Shown here in pieces: positions 1 through 12,486 of a DNA stretch of 64,000 nucleotides. The stretch is from Octopus sinensis (lineage: Eukaryota). Below the pieces are notes generated by a model. It ran no database searches. It had not been told where the DNA came from and saw nothing but the letters and a program-made list of their open reading frames with translations. The first letter of the stretch is position 1. Each line of letters opens with the position of its first letter. A program made the position numbers and the translations under genes. The stretch covers positions 30,132,001 through 30,196,000 of the forward strand of contig NC_043015.1 in NCBI RefSeq assembly GCF_006345805.1. Reading direction: 5' to 3'.

Positions 1-184
1 CACCCACCAGGGCTCATAGTTCTGCGAACTGCATGGCAACCTCAATAGTGCAGGTGGCCCGAAAAAGCACCCAGCCCACGCTGTAAAGTGGTTGATGCTA
101 GGAAGGGCATCCAGCTGTAAAAACCATGCCAAAGCAAATGCTGGAGCTTGATGCAGTCTTTGGATACATCAGAGTCTGTCAAAC

Positions 185-417
185 CTATTTCTTTACTACC
201 CACAAGGGGGAAAGACAGAGGGGACAAACAAGGACAGACAAACGGATTAAGTCGATTACATCGACCCCAGTGCGTCACTGGTACTTAATTTATCGACCCC
301 GAAAGGATGAAAGGCAAAGTCGACCTCAGCGGAATTTGAACTCAGAACGTAACGGCAGACGAAATACGGCTACGCATTTCGCCCGGCGTGCTAACGTTTC
401 TGCCAGCTCGCCGCCTT
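185..417 (-). mobile_element. tRNA-derived SINE family A (~230 bp, Meta-domain-like core)
   Basis: Reverse complement of ggcggcgagctggcagaaacgttagc...gagttcaaattc (A/B boxes)...gactttgcctttcatcctttcggggtcga...aaagaaata, which recurs more than 12 times in the window. Confidence 0.85.
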
Positions 418-564
418 GTAACCCATGCCAGTATGGAACATGGAATGTTAGATGATGACGCTGATGATGATGATACACTGCTATATGCCCATACATCTTT
501 TATGCCATACTATGGAAAGTAGTGCTAAACCAAGCTATACTAAAAATGAAAGCGTTCACACTCT

Positions 565-835
565 CTATCTGCTCAGTCGAAGTCGACTCTCGGTCACTCA
601 TTGGATCAGTGTCCTCCAGTCAGTTCTATCCTGGGCCACTTCTTTCAGACTGGCTATGTCCATTCTGGTATCACTCTTGATGGTGTCAAGCCAGCGGGTT
701 CTTGGTCGGCCTCTTCCTCTCTTGCCACTGACCATTCTGAGCATGATGTCCTTCTCCAGGGATTTTCTCTGCATAATATGACCGAAATAAGCCAATCTAT
801 GCTTGGTGATCCTAGCTTCTAGCGACATTTTCACA
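565..835 (-). mobile_element. RTE-clade LINE 3' fragment
   Basis: Translation RLAYFGHIMQRKSLEKDIMLRMVSGKRGRGRPRTRWLDTIK...AQDRTDWR is the typical RTE ORF C-terminus. Confidence 0.88.
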
Positions 836-1184
836 CTATATGTGTGTTTATATCCTCCTTGTCTAGACATTGTGTGACAGTTATAAATGAACATCACCAT
901 CATACAAGCAATGTTATTCGTTTCCAATATTCTGCGAAAACATATCTGGCTATAAAGGAAACATTGCCTTCTTTGGAAACAGGCGAGGGTTGGCAACAAG
1001 GAAAGGCATCTGGTGTAGAGAATCCCTCTCAATAAACAGTCTGACCCCTGCCAGCAAGGAAAAGTGGACATCAAAATGAGGAATAAATTGCAATTGAATA
1101 ACAAGAAAAATTAATAATACGGGTGTAGATGTCTTAATCTTTTTGTTGCCATATTTCCGTTGAGATGTTCTGTGTTTCAATTAA

Positions 1185-1593
1185 TCTCTCTATATAAACG
1201 GCAGTTTGTCTATCTGTGTGTCTGTCAGGTTGTACCCTCACCCTGACGACGGCTTTCAACCGATTCTGATGAAACTTGACACACACATAGCCCAATGTCA
1301 TAATTCAAAACTAACGCAGCGAAAATTTTGAAAAGTTCCCCCAGTTCTGAAAAATATGATAAATTCGACATGGGGTCGAGAATCTAAGCTTTTTATATGC
1401 AACACATTTTCTGTTGTAGTTTTCACAACTTGCAATCGGGGGACAGCTAGGAACATCGTATACACAGAGGTATTCGAGTGAAGAGAAGACATTGCAACCT
1501 ACACATGCGCCTTCGTTCCCTAGAGGGAAAGGACTAGATTGGGATTAGTCGTTGCCTACTAGGGGCTCTTACATACCCGGCCAATGCTGCTAG
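1185..1593 (+). mobile_element. Non-autonomous Helitron-like element nested in a piggyBac-like MITE (host 1134-1769)
   Basis: Starts TC after A and ends CTAG before T, with no TSD. Internal gtctgt repeat and ccgattctgatgaaact motif. It splits a MITE whose intact copy is at 12130-12357. Confidence 0.65.
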
Positions 1594-2017
1594 TTTTATA
1601 TATAACAAAGAATTTAGTAAAATAACTTAGTTATCATTAAGCTAGTGTTAGGAGCATAAATTGTGACTAAGGTTTGTTGGAAGATTTTAATTCAGAACTT
1701 TTGAAAATATGACATTTGTAGTACAGAGCCAGAGGCAGTTTCAGGTGGGTTGGTAATGGAAGGGTTAACGAGATAATTACACAATAATCTTGATTCATGA
1801 TTAGTTAATGAAATGTGAACAGTACTTTTGGAATTGATGTAAATGCTTGGTGTTCTATAATTTTTTAAATGCCCTGCTTATTGGGACAAACTATAAATGA
1901 GTTATGTGTAAAAACATTATTGGGGGCTGATGTGTAGAATGCAGAGGTGTGGCTGGGTGGTTGAGAAGTTTATTTCCCAACTGTGTTGTTTCAAATTTGC
2001 ACAGCACATTGGCAAAT

Positions 2018-2263
2018 CATCATCATCATCACCATCATCATCATCGTTTAACGTCTGTTCTCCATGCTAGCATGGGTTGGACGGTTCGACCGGGGATCTG
2101 GGAAGCCAGAAGGCTGCACCAGGCTCCAGTCTTTTCTGGCAGTGTTTCTACAGCTGGATGCCCTTCCTAACGCCAACCACTCCATGAGTGTAGTGGGTGC
2201 TTTTTACGTGCCACCGGCACAGGTGCCAGGCGAGGCTGGCAACGGCCACGATCGGATTGGTGC
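2018..2263 (-). mobile_element. SINE family C (GAT-repeat tail, gaagggcatccagc motif)
   Basis: (cat)n-cgtttaacgtc...catgctagcatgggttgg...gctggatgcccttcc. Other copies at ~1-170, 7165-7420, 14360-14570, 16870-17050, 17866-18190, 33120-33470, 40433-40690, 42178-42393, 58920-59222 and 62865-63050. Confidence 0.8.
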
Positions 2264-3978
2264 TAAGCCTGCCATGTGTATGTGTGTGTGTATCTTTGTT
2301 TATACCTGTGTTTCTCCTAAAACCAGTGAGCTAGAAGTGTTGATGTCATTATTTCCCTTGTCAACAAATCATCTATTGGCTTCAAGCTTTCAGTGATGTG
2401 TAGAATAAGAAATATCTTACCTTAAGAGAAGCTTAGCAACAAGAAGGGCATCTGACTGTGAAACAGTGCTTTAATGATATACACATCTAACCTATGCTAT
2501 CATCACCATTTACTGCTCTTGTTTCATGCTGGCCGGGGTTGGACAATTGCCAGGGTCTGATAGGCCCAAGAGTTGCATCATGCTGCAGTTTCTGCTTTAG
2601 CATGGCTTCTATGGCTGCATGCCCTTTCTAATGCTAACCACTTTATAACTTGTTACTGAGTGCTTTTTTCATGCCACCAGCACTCATAGGGTTACCATGC
2701 AGTCTTGCAACATTATAAACCTCAAAGAGGTAGCTTTATGTTAGGAGATAAGAGGTAAAATTATGAGGGAAGGGGACAGAGCAAAACTGGTTTCTTGCAG
2801 TGAAGCTACGAAAAAAGAAAGAAAAAAATGAATGTATTGAAAGAAAATACATCTGTTTTCTTTCCATTATCTTTAATTATTATCATTAGGAGGGCTGTCA
2901 TTTGGCAGAACATTAGACAAGTCTCTCTGTGTTTTTTGTTCCGACCCTTTATATTTTGTACTCAAATTTCTCCAGTACCAACTTTGCTTATCATCTTTCT
3001 GTAGTTAAGAAAATAAAATACTAGTCAAAATGATTGTCCCCTTCCCCCTAAAATTTCTGGCCATGTGCTTATGTTAGAAATTATTAAGAAAATTGTGAAT
3101 TGGTGAAGCCATTAGACCACTGGACAAAATATTTCGTAATATTTTTTCCGACTTTAAGGTGGTGAGCTGGCTGAATTGTTAGCACACTGGGCAAAATGCT
3201 TAGCAGCATTTGGTACATTCTGAGTTCAAATTCCACTGAGATTGACTTTGCTTTTCATCTTTTCATGGTCGCTAAAATAAGCACCAGTTGTGCACTGGAG
3301 TTGATGTAATTGTTTTATCCCCTCCCTCAAAATTGCTGGCCTTGTACCAAAAATTTGAAACTAATATTTCTTCTGACTCTGTTCTGAGTTTCAAATCTTG
3401 CCGTGGTTAGTTTTGCTGTTCATTCTCCCAGGAGTTTAATAAAATAAAGTACCAGTCAAGTGCTATGGTTATTTATTGTAAGAATCAGCTAAGTTTCTTT
3501 CTCTGATGTTTTACATAGTTTGACATGTTCTCTCAGAGATTTCTGTTGCAAGCATACACAAGTGAATGTGTGAAAAACAAAATAGTAATTTTGAATGCAG
3601 TATCTATAAAACTAGTTTTTAAACATTGAATAACTATGGAGGGGTCACCAGAATACAATAGTAATCAAAGGGGTCCCTAAGTGAAAAAAATGGTTGCGAA
3701 CCCCTGTTCTTGAATTAATAACAAAGTTCCGGTGAAGTACAAGAGTTAATTTAATCAACTAACTTCTCCCCCAAATTTCTGGCTTTGTGCATCTGTTTGA
3801 AACAATTACTCTTATTAGGGGACAGAGTGTATGGCAAAATCAGTGGAATGTTAGGCAAAATAGCTTGTAGTAGTGTTGCATTCTTTTATGTTTTGGGGTC
3901 AAATTCAGTCAGGGGTCAGCTTCATGATCATTCTTGTGGGTTCAAGGAATTAAGCAGCAGTCATATGCTGGATTTAGT

Positions 3979-4207
3979 TTAACCCTTTAGTGTTCGCATT
4001 ATTCTGCCAAAATTAATCCTTTTTTATCCACATTGTTTTGAACTAATCATGCATTATCTTGGAGCTATGAGAATTTGATGAGGTAGCTGTTAAATTTTAA
4101 AACGATATTGTAGGGTTGGTGTGAGAGACCAGATCTGGCCAGTTTGAAAATAAAACAGGCAGAATACTTTTGGCCGGATATGGCCGGTTTAAATGCTAAT
4201 GGGTTAA
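3979..4207. mobile_element. piggyBac-like MITE, family 2
   Basis: TTAA-CCCTTTAG...CTAATGGG-TTAA ends. Related copies at ~22487-22713 and ~9860-10026. Confidence 0.7.
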
Positions 4208-5340
4208 GTTGATATAACTGTGTTCTTCTCCCTCTCCCAGTTAGTGTTCTTGTACCTTTGCTAGAAAAAACATTATTGGGCCATTCTTGCATGATGTACT
4301 TGATAGTCGGAGGCATAAATTATGAAATATCTAAGTCATAAATCTTGAATATTTACAAGAATTGTATCGATTCACTTTTCAACTACTGGGCATGTATTGA
4401 ACAGAAATATTTTTACCTGGAATGTATTGCCGAATTTTTTGAAGATTGTCCAAAAAGTGTGACGTACATGACATTGCACCAAATACCTTTTTACACCTGT
4501 AAATATTAACTGCTAATTCCTCTGAATTTCTCTAAAGTAGCATAAAAAAAACCTTGTGGTGTTTATTTACATTGACCTTGAAATTTCAAATAATGATAAT
4601 GGGTTTGCCGGACAACAATGTCTGTGGCCACAATTCTCATTTACCTAGTGCAACATGCTTGGCAAAAATGGATGAGACATTTTCGAGACAAATATTTTCT
4701 ATATCTTCCAAATTGTGTTGATGTGGAAGGAATTGTCCCAATGTCGATGACTGGTCAAAAATTAACCATTTTTACATAAATTTACTTGCATATAATGATT
4801 TTTCACAAGAACGACCCTATTATGTTGATACTGTGTAACCCCCAGGTTATCAGAGATAACTCTCTGATTAAGCTGAACTATGATCAAAGACATTCCATCC
4901 ATGGCTATCTCATCTTTTTTTGTTTATATCAGGAACTACATTGTCCAATGAGCTTTTCTTTGTTTAAGAAGTAGGATGATATCTAAGGGAGATTTGGCTG
5001 CTATTTCTACCAGATAAACATTCTCTTGTTGGCTCACAACTCTCTATCATTTATCATAGTGAATGGTCGACAGAATTGGTAGAGTGCCAGAGAAGCTGTC
5101 TTCCGATATTTGTTTATATTGCTGTACAATTTTTTCTTTCGTTCTTCCGCATTCAATAAAATGACACCAAGCAAGTACCGGAGTTGATTGAGACAACAAA
5201 GGGCGCCATTTAAAAAAGTCTCTCAATTTGCTAGAAATAGCTGCCAAATCTTCAAATCTGATAACACAAGTACCAGTAACATTCCTCGTGTTAGCTCAGT
5301 CATTTTATCTCATGTAGTTAAATACTAGCTTTGAGTCCAA

Positions 5341-5738
5341 TACTCTTTTACTTGTTTCAGTCATTTGATTGTGGCCATGCTGGAGCACCACCTTTAGTCG
5401 AGCACATCGACCCCAGGACTTATTCTTTGTAAGCCTAGTACTTATTTTATCAGTCCCTTTTGCCGAACTGCTAAGTACACCAGCATCGGTTGTCAATCGA
5501 TATTGGGGGGCAAACACAAACACACACACACATATATTTATACATAAATACATACATATTTATATATACATATGACGGGCTTCTTTCAGTTTCCGTCTAC
5601 CAAATCCATACTCACGAGGCTTTGGTTGGCTCGAAGCTATAGTAGAAGACACTTGCCCAAGGTGCCACGCAGTGGTACTGAACCCGGAACCATGTAGTTC
5701 GTAAGCAAGCTACTTACCACACAGCCACTCCTACGCCT
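5341..5738 (-). mobile_element. tRNA-derived SINE family B (bipartite, internal CA/TA microsatellite, aaagagt tail)
   Basis: Head ggcgtaggagtggctgtgtggtaag...gggttcagt; core ccttgggcaagtg. Other copies at 13728-14130, 20350-20754, 47248-47880, 48119-48641, 52817-53213, 55623-56023 and 57097-57500. Confidence 0.85.
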
Positions 5739-6557
5739 AACGAGAATAAATCATTATTATGTTATGGAAAGCAGTGAGCTGGCAGAATCATTAGCACACC
5801 AGACAAAATACTTGGTGACATTTCATTTGCCTTTATTTTTGAGGTTGACTTTGCCTTTCATCCCTTCAGGGTTAAGAAGAAAATAAGTACAAGTTGAGCA
5901 CAAGGGCCTATGTAATCAATTAGCCCTCTCCCCACCAAATTTCAGGCCTTATGCCTGTGGTAGAAAGGATTATTATTATTTCTGATTTATAGGTTACAAT
6001 CAGTTTTGAAACCTTTAAGATTTGGAAGGATTTAGTAAAATAACCAATTGCTTTTTTAAAAATATTTTTAATCTTTTTCATTAATGAAACAAGCCTAAAT
6101 TCATGATTATTTTAGAATTTAATTGAAATTCATGAGGGGTGTATTTTGGTCAGAAATATAGTAACGAAAGGGTTAATATATTGGTGCAGATATGGATGTG
6201 TGATTAAGATGTTTGTTTCCCAACCACGTGGTTTCAGGTTCAGTCCCACTGCATGGCACTTTGGGCAAGTGTCTTTTGCCATTGCCCCATGCCAACCCAA
6301 TGCCTTGTGGGTGGACTTGGTAGATGGGAACTGAAAGACACCTGTTGTGTATATATAAATGTGTGTGTGTGTGAGTGTATGTGCCTTTTTGTTTTGTCAT
6401 TGCGTGATTGTTGTAACTAAATGTCATTCATTTCCAATATTCTGTGTGGTCGTTGGAAACATTGGTTTCAAGTTTTGGCACAAGGCCAGTAATTTTGGGG
6501 GAGGGGTAAGTCGATTACATTGACCCCCAGTCAATGTAATCGACTTTATTTTACTAA

Positions 6558-6790
6558 AGGCGGCGAGCTGGCAGAAACGTTAGCACGCCGGGCGAAAAGC
6601 GTAGCCGTATTTCGTCTGTTGTTACGTTCTGAGTTCAAATTCCGCCGAGGTCGACTTTGCCTTTCATCCTTTCGGGGTTGAAAAATAAAGTACCGGTTAC
6701 GCACTGGGTTCGATGTAATCGACTTAATCCCTTTGTCTGTCCTTGTTTGTCCCCTCTATGTTTAGCCCCTTGTGGGCAATAAAGAAATAT
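6558..6790 (+). mobile_element. SINE family A
   Basis: Full-length copy of the family A consensus, inserted into an older SINE. Confidence 0.85.
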
Positions 6791-7516
6791 ACATTGACCC
6801 CCAGTATTCAACTGGTTGTTACTTTATCGATCCTGAAAGAATGAAAGGCAAAGTTGACCCTGACAAAATTTGAACCCAGAACATAAAGATGGATGAGATA
6901 CTGCTAAGCATTTTGCTTGGTGTTCCAATGATTCTGTAGACTTGACACCTTGGCCATGGGAAATATTACATTGCTTTCTTGCTTGGAAACAGGTGAGGTT
7001 TGGCAGCAGAAAGGGTCCCTGGCTGTAGAAAATCTGCTTCAGTAAACTCTGTCCAAACCATGGAAAAGTGGATGTTGAAAGGATAATGATGATGAAGCTT
7101 GTGTTTGGAACATGGTTGATAGGAAGGTTGTTTATTGCGTAGAAATTGTTTGCAAGCTTTGGTGGCATTTGCCGTGCCAGTGACATGTAAAAAGCATCAA
7201 CTGATCGTGGCCGTTGCCAGCCTCCACTGGCACCTGTGCCGGTGGCACGTAAAAAGCACCCACTACACTCTTGGAGTGGTTGGCATTAGGAAGGGCATCC
7301 AGCTGTAGAAACATTGCCAGATCAGACTGGCGCCTGGTGCAGCATCCTGGCTTCCCAGACCCCGGTCGAACTGTCCAATTCATGCTAGCATGGAAAGCGG
7401 ACGTTAAACAATGATGATGATGGTAATGATGATGATGATGGTTTGAATCTTTTAAAACAAGATGTTATGTATTGCAGATCTAGGGATGGCTTCTGACAGG
7501 TTGGTATTAAAGTAGG

Positions 7517-7744
7517 GGCGAGCTGGCAGAAACGTTAGCACGCGGGGCGAAATGCTTAGCAGTATTTCGTCTGCCGTTACATTCTGAGTTCAAATTCCGC
7601 CGAGGTCGACTTTGTCTTTCATCCTTTCGGGGTCAATAAATTAAGTACCAGTTACGCACTGGGGTCGATGTAATCGACTTAATCCATGTGTCTGTCCTTG
7701 TTTGTCCCCTCTGTGTTTAGCCCCTTGTGGGTAGTAAAGAAATA
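7517..7744 (+). mobile_element. SINE family A with TSD
   Basis: Flanked by the direct repeat ggtattaaagtagggg (7503 and 7745). Confidence 0.88.
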
Positions 7745-8934
7745 GGTATTAAAGTAGGGGTTAAAAAAGACTAACAGACAGACTGAAAGGGAGAATCTAG
7801 GGGCCTTCTCTGCGAGTTGAGAATTGCTAGCATTTGTCAGCATCTGGCTATGGGAAAGAAAGTGATGTCATTCTGAACTCATTACCATCATAACCATCAT
7901 CATCATCATCATCGTCATCAACATTCAGTTTGCGAATGATTTTGTTGCTTGGAATTCTAGATTGGTTTCTAATCAATAATCCTATTGACCCCCCCCCACT
8001 CCCCACCATGCCCCACGACCTACTACACCATTCAGCCATCTCTTTCATCTGTCTTCCTCCTGTTTGATTGCTATTCCCATCCATTCACTGCTAAATTTAT
8101 TTCAATTTATTTTTTTTCCAAAGCAAAATAACCATCTTTAATTCCTTCTTCTTCTTCTCTCCCGTCCACCTCCCACCCCCACCCGTCTCCCCTCCTTCTC
8201 TTTGAAATAATTCTTATTTGTACGATTATGCAAAAAAAAAAAAACAGCATCTGGAAGTTTCTCTAATTGAATTTAAAAAAAGAAAGAAAAAAAATCCTAC
8301 TTGATTCCCCCCCCACCACCACCTCCATCTTCCTCACTTCTGCTCTTTTTTTTAGCAACAAAAGAGAAAATAAAAACAAAAACAGCAAAAAAAAAAACCT
8401 AATAAAACAAAATAAATAGCAGAAACATATGTTTAAGTAACTAATTTGAGAAAGAAGGACATAAAGGTAGTATAATTGGTATGATTAAAGGATAGTGTCT
8501 GCGAAGTGACAGGTAGCTGGTTCAAATCTTGATGGTGGTCTTGCCTCTCTCTTTTTGCAGTGTGGGTGTTTTATAATGTCTGCTCATTACAGAAATGTAG
8601 CTAATGGGGTGGAGAGACGCAGGGTGGTCTACCCTGGGCAATGCTTTTATTGGGGCAGCATTTTTGGTTTGGTTGTATAAGCCTGCCTAGGCTTCATGGT
8701 ATGGGAGGGGAGCAAACTTTCATTCTTTTACTTGTATCGGTCATTAGATTGTGGCCATGCTGCAGCAGCACCTTGAAGGATTTTAGCCAAACAAATTGAC
8801 CCCAGTATTTTGCTAGGCCTGGTGCTTAATCTATCGGTCTCTTTTGCCAAACTGCTAAGTTAAGGGGATATTCATTCCAGCTGAATAAACAGGAGCAACA
8901 TGGAATGAAGTGCCTTTCTACTCAAGGATACTAT

Positions 8935-9333
8935 ACAATACTGAAGACGCTCGACCTTTATTCTCTAGAAAAACGCCACCGCCGTGGTGATCTCATTCTT
9001 GCTCACAACATCATAAGCGGAAAGTGTAACCTCTCGAAAGAGCTGTTCTTCACTCCTGCTCCAGAGCGTCGGCTGCGGGGTCATTCCGAAAAGCTCTATC
9101 TGAGATGATTTCATCTCAATCGAAGGAGAGGGGCTTTCTCCGTCCGGGTTGCGGATCCATGGAATAAACTGCTGGACGAGATAGTGAAGATGCCGACGAC
9201 CGCTCGGTTCAAAGTCTCTCTTACCAGAAATGGCCTGAACTCTTTGCATGAACACCCTCCCTATACATAACTCCATGTTCCCCTACATGGCCTTGCTTTT
9301 CGCTTTTTGAGCCAAAAAATTAACTTAACTTAA
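8935..9333 (+). mobile_element. CR1/L2-group LINE 3' end
   Basis: LDLYSLEKRHRRGDLI...LRGHSEKL...FSVRVADPWNKL is a CR1-type RT C-terminus; tail (ttaac)n. Confidence 0.85.
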
Positions 9334-10097
9334 CAATGCCTGGCCTAGGAATTGAACTCACAACCCTATGGTTAAGAACCAAATACCCTAAGTAATTTAT
9401 CCTTTAGCGTTTATACCAGTTGTTTATTCTTTTATTCATCTACTTGTTTCAGTCAGTTGGCTGCAGCCATGCTGGAGCAACACCTTGAAAGTTTTTTTTT
9501 TAGTTGAACCAGGGATTTTTTTTTGAAGCCTAGTACTTATTCTATTGGTCTCTTTTGCTGAAGTGCTAAGTTATAGGGATTCAAACACACCAACACTGGT
9601 TGTCACAGACACGAAGGTACACACACACACACATTTATATATATACAATGGGCTTCTTTCAGTTTCCATCTACCAAATCCACTCTCAAGGCTTTGGTTGG
9701 CTCAAGGCTATAGTAGAAGACACTTGCCCAAGGTATCACGCAGTGGGATTGAACCCAGAACCATGTGGTTGCGAAGCAAGCTTTTAGTCACAGAAACATG
9801 CCTGCACATTTTATTTATTTAAAAAAATTTTTATTTTATTTATTCAGCTCACGAGCTGTGGCCATGCTGGGGCAATCTCATAGCTTTCAAATTTTGATGA
9901 TGTGATTGTATATTTTTAGTATGACATACTAGAGCAGATGTGAGAGGCCCAAATCTTGCTAGTTTGAGCATAAAACTGGTAGAATATTTGGGTTGGACAT
10001 AACTGGTTTAAATGCTAAAAGGTTAATGTTTAGCTGTAAATTAACCAAACTTTTTTTCTATTTTCCTATTTCTTTCATCTGAATCTTTATTTTGCAG

Positions 10098-10233
10098 AGA
10101 AAAACTTTCATACGAAGAGCCAAAGTATTCCCATTAGTGAAACAGACAGGATGGAAACCAAACCCTCATTTTTACAGAAAGGTTATTGGCACTGTGGAGG
10201 TTATTAGTGGCGTCACCTTGCTAGCTATTCCAG
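10098..10233 (+). CDS. TMEM35: TMEM35/NACHO-family nAChR chaperone, internal coding exon (phase 0 in, phase 1 out)
   Basis: Acceptor ttattttgcag| and donor CAG|gtatac. 136 nt translating RKTFIRRAKVFPLVKQTGWKPNPHFYRKVIGTVEVISGVTLLAIP(G). This aligns by eye with human TMEM35A [44 protein letters not shown] (recalled sequence). Phase matches the next exon. Confidence 0.92.
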
Positions 10234-10237
10234 GTAT

Positions 10238-10459
10238 ACTCTTTACTCTTTTACTTGTTTCAGTCATTTGACTACGGCCATGCTGGAGCACCGTCTTTAA
10301 TCGAGCAAATCGACCCCGGGACTTATTCTTTTTTTGTAAGCCCAGTACTTGTTCTATCAGTCTCTTTTGCCAAACCGCTAAGTAACGGGGACACAAACAC
10401 ACCAGCATCGGTTGTCAAGCAATGCTAGGGGGACAAACACAGACACACAAACACACACA

Positions 10460-10500
<41 letters not shown>

Positions 10501-10664
10501 GACGGGCTTCTTTCAGTTTCCATCTACCAAATCCACTCACAAGGCTTTGGTCGGCCCGAGGCTATGGTAGAAGACACTTGCCCAAGGTGCCCACGCAGTG
10601 GGACTGAACCCGGAACCATGTGGTTGGTAAACAAGCTACTTACCACACAGCCACTCCTGCGCCT
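10238..10664 (-). mobile_element. SINE family B inserted at about +5 of the NACHO intron
   Basis: Tail begins directly after GGTAT of the donor. The direct repeat cc(a/t)ggtat occurs at 10230-10237 and 10662-10669. Confidence 0.85.
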
Positions 10665-10743
10665 GGTATGAGGATCTCTGTTACTTTTACTTTTATCAAA
10701 TGGTAGCTTCTTAACTTGTTTGCATAATGGTATGAAATGTGGA

Positions 10744-11528
10744 CAGGGCGGTAGAGCTGGCAGAAACATTAGCAGGCAGGGCGAAATGCTTAGCGGTATT
10801 TTGTCTGCCGCTACGTTCTGAGTTCAAATTCGGCTGAGGTCGACTTTGCCTTTCATCTTTTCGGGGTCAATTAAATAAATACCTATTTCTTTACTACCCA
10901 CAAGGGGCTAAACACAGAGGGGACAAACAAGGACAGACAAACGGATTAAGTCGATTATATCGACCCCAGTGCGTAACTGGTACTTATTTAATCGACCCCG
11001 AAAGGATGAAAGGCAAAGATGACCTCGGCGGAATTTGTACTCAGAACGTAGAGGCAGACGAAATACCGCTAAGCATTTCACCCGGCGTGCTAACGTTTCT
11101 GCCAGCTCGTCGATTAAATAAGTACCATTTATGCACCAGCATGGACGGGGCTTTGCCTGTTGGAGATAAGCTCTACAGGCACAGAAGCGTTGGTCAGACC
11201 TGTCCCAAGATGTGCACAGAGCAATGAAACCATTCTGCACGCACTCATCTACACTGCCTGTATCTGATATATGGGTTTATGTCCAACACCTGCTATCACG
11301 TACAGGATGCGTTCACTTGTCAGCTGCTTCCATCATGAGGATTGCCCCATTACCTTCCTTTGGCCGGGATGAGGAGGCAGTTTTCATCTGTCTTGCAGCT
11401 GTAGTGAAAGGAGGTTGTGTGGTGGTCTACACTGAAAGGGCTAAAGACAGATATAATCGACTTAATCCCTTTGTCTGTCCTTGTTTGTCCCCTCTGTGTT
11501 TAAGCCCCTTGTGGGTCGTAAAGAAACA
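10744..11528 (+). mobile_element. SINE family A carrying a nested inverted SINE A (10884-11108) and a Tx1/L1-like fragment (~11140-11450)
   Basis: Outer TSD ggtatgaaatgtggac (10728 and 11529). Inner TSD gtc(a/g)attaaataa(a/g)tacc (10866 and 11109). Confidence 0.85.
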
Positions 11529-11649
11529 GGTATGAAATGTGGACTTGCATTACATCTTGTTTCTTTGGCCATCACTGATTGTTGGCAGACCATACATGTA
11601 GCAACCAAACCATTCCAGCAATGAATTCTCAGGAATTATTGCACACACA

Positions 11650-11995
11650 CATCATCATCATCATTGTTCAACCGTGGTCGAGACAATGGAATTTACCATG
11701 CTACGCCAGACTTCACGGTCCATCATGGCATTACGGAGGTCTTGTTGCTGGATGCCTGTATCCCTGGAGATTACATCAGGGTAGGAGAGTGTGCACCCTC
11801 TGGTATCGCGAGTAGATGGCTTCCAGAGGAGAAGAGTAGAAATTACCTCGTTTTCAGCTCTACAACAATGTCCAGCAAACTGGACTCTCCTACCTTTCAC
11901 AAGAGATGACACAGGTGGTAGTTTCCCATATATTTGCATTTTGGTTGGATGGCACCTCCATGAGAGATTTTGAGCTCTCATAAGGAGCATTCCCA
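11650..11995 (-). mobile_element. RTE/RTEX-like LINE 3' fragment
   Basis: RRVQFAGHCCRAENEVISTLLLWKP...AMMDREVWR and a (tga)n tail. Confidence 0.8.
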
Positions 11996-12129
11996 CTATC
12001 CTCTCCTCACTTATGTTCTCCCCACTCTCTCTCTCTCTCTCTCTGTATCTTTATCTCTCCTTAACTCTCTTTCTCTATGGTTTTGCGTTACTTTTTCTTA
12101 GATGTCTTCCAACTGACTAATTGTAAGAT

Positions 12130-12357
12130 TTAACCCTTTCGTTACTGTATTTATTTTGAGATGTTCTGTGTTTCTTTCAATTACTTTAAATATAACAAAG
12201 AATTTAGTAAAATAACTTAGCTATCATTAAACTAGTGTTAGGAACATAAATTGTGACTAAGGTTTGGTGGAAGATTTTAATTCAAAGCTTATGGAAACAA
12301 GACATTTGTACTCAGAGCCAGAGCCAGTTTCAGTGGGGTTGGTAACGAAAGGGTTAA
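12130..12357. mobile_element. piggyBac-like MITE, family 1
   Basis: TTAA-CCCTTTCGTTAC...GTAACGAAAGGG-TTAA TIRs with TTAA TSD. Other copies at 22711-23058, 23213-23441 and 40866-41094. Confidence 0.85.
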
Positions 12358-12486
12358 TTGGCAGAAAAAAAAACCAAAAAAAAAAGAATGACCATCTTCC
12401 AAGTATAACAATATTCATTTTTTTCTTTTTCCATTTTTATTCTGAAGGTCCATTATATGTGTGTTTTTTTTTTTTTATATTTTCAG

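Noticed and set aside
1-10097. Search for the first NACHO coding exon (TM1, G..KLTP motif)
   Set aside because: No matching segment found by eye; it probably lies upstream of the window, making this region intronic.
12264-12486. N-terminal part of the 151-aa ORF as coding sequence
   Set aside because: It derives from a piggyBac-like MITE and the polypyrimidine tract. TMEM35 similarity starts only after the acceptor at 12486.
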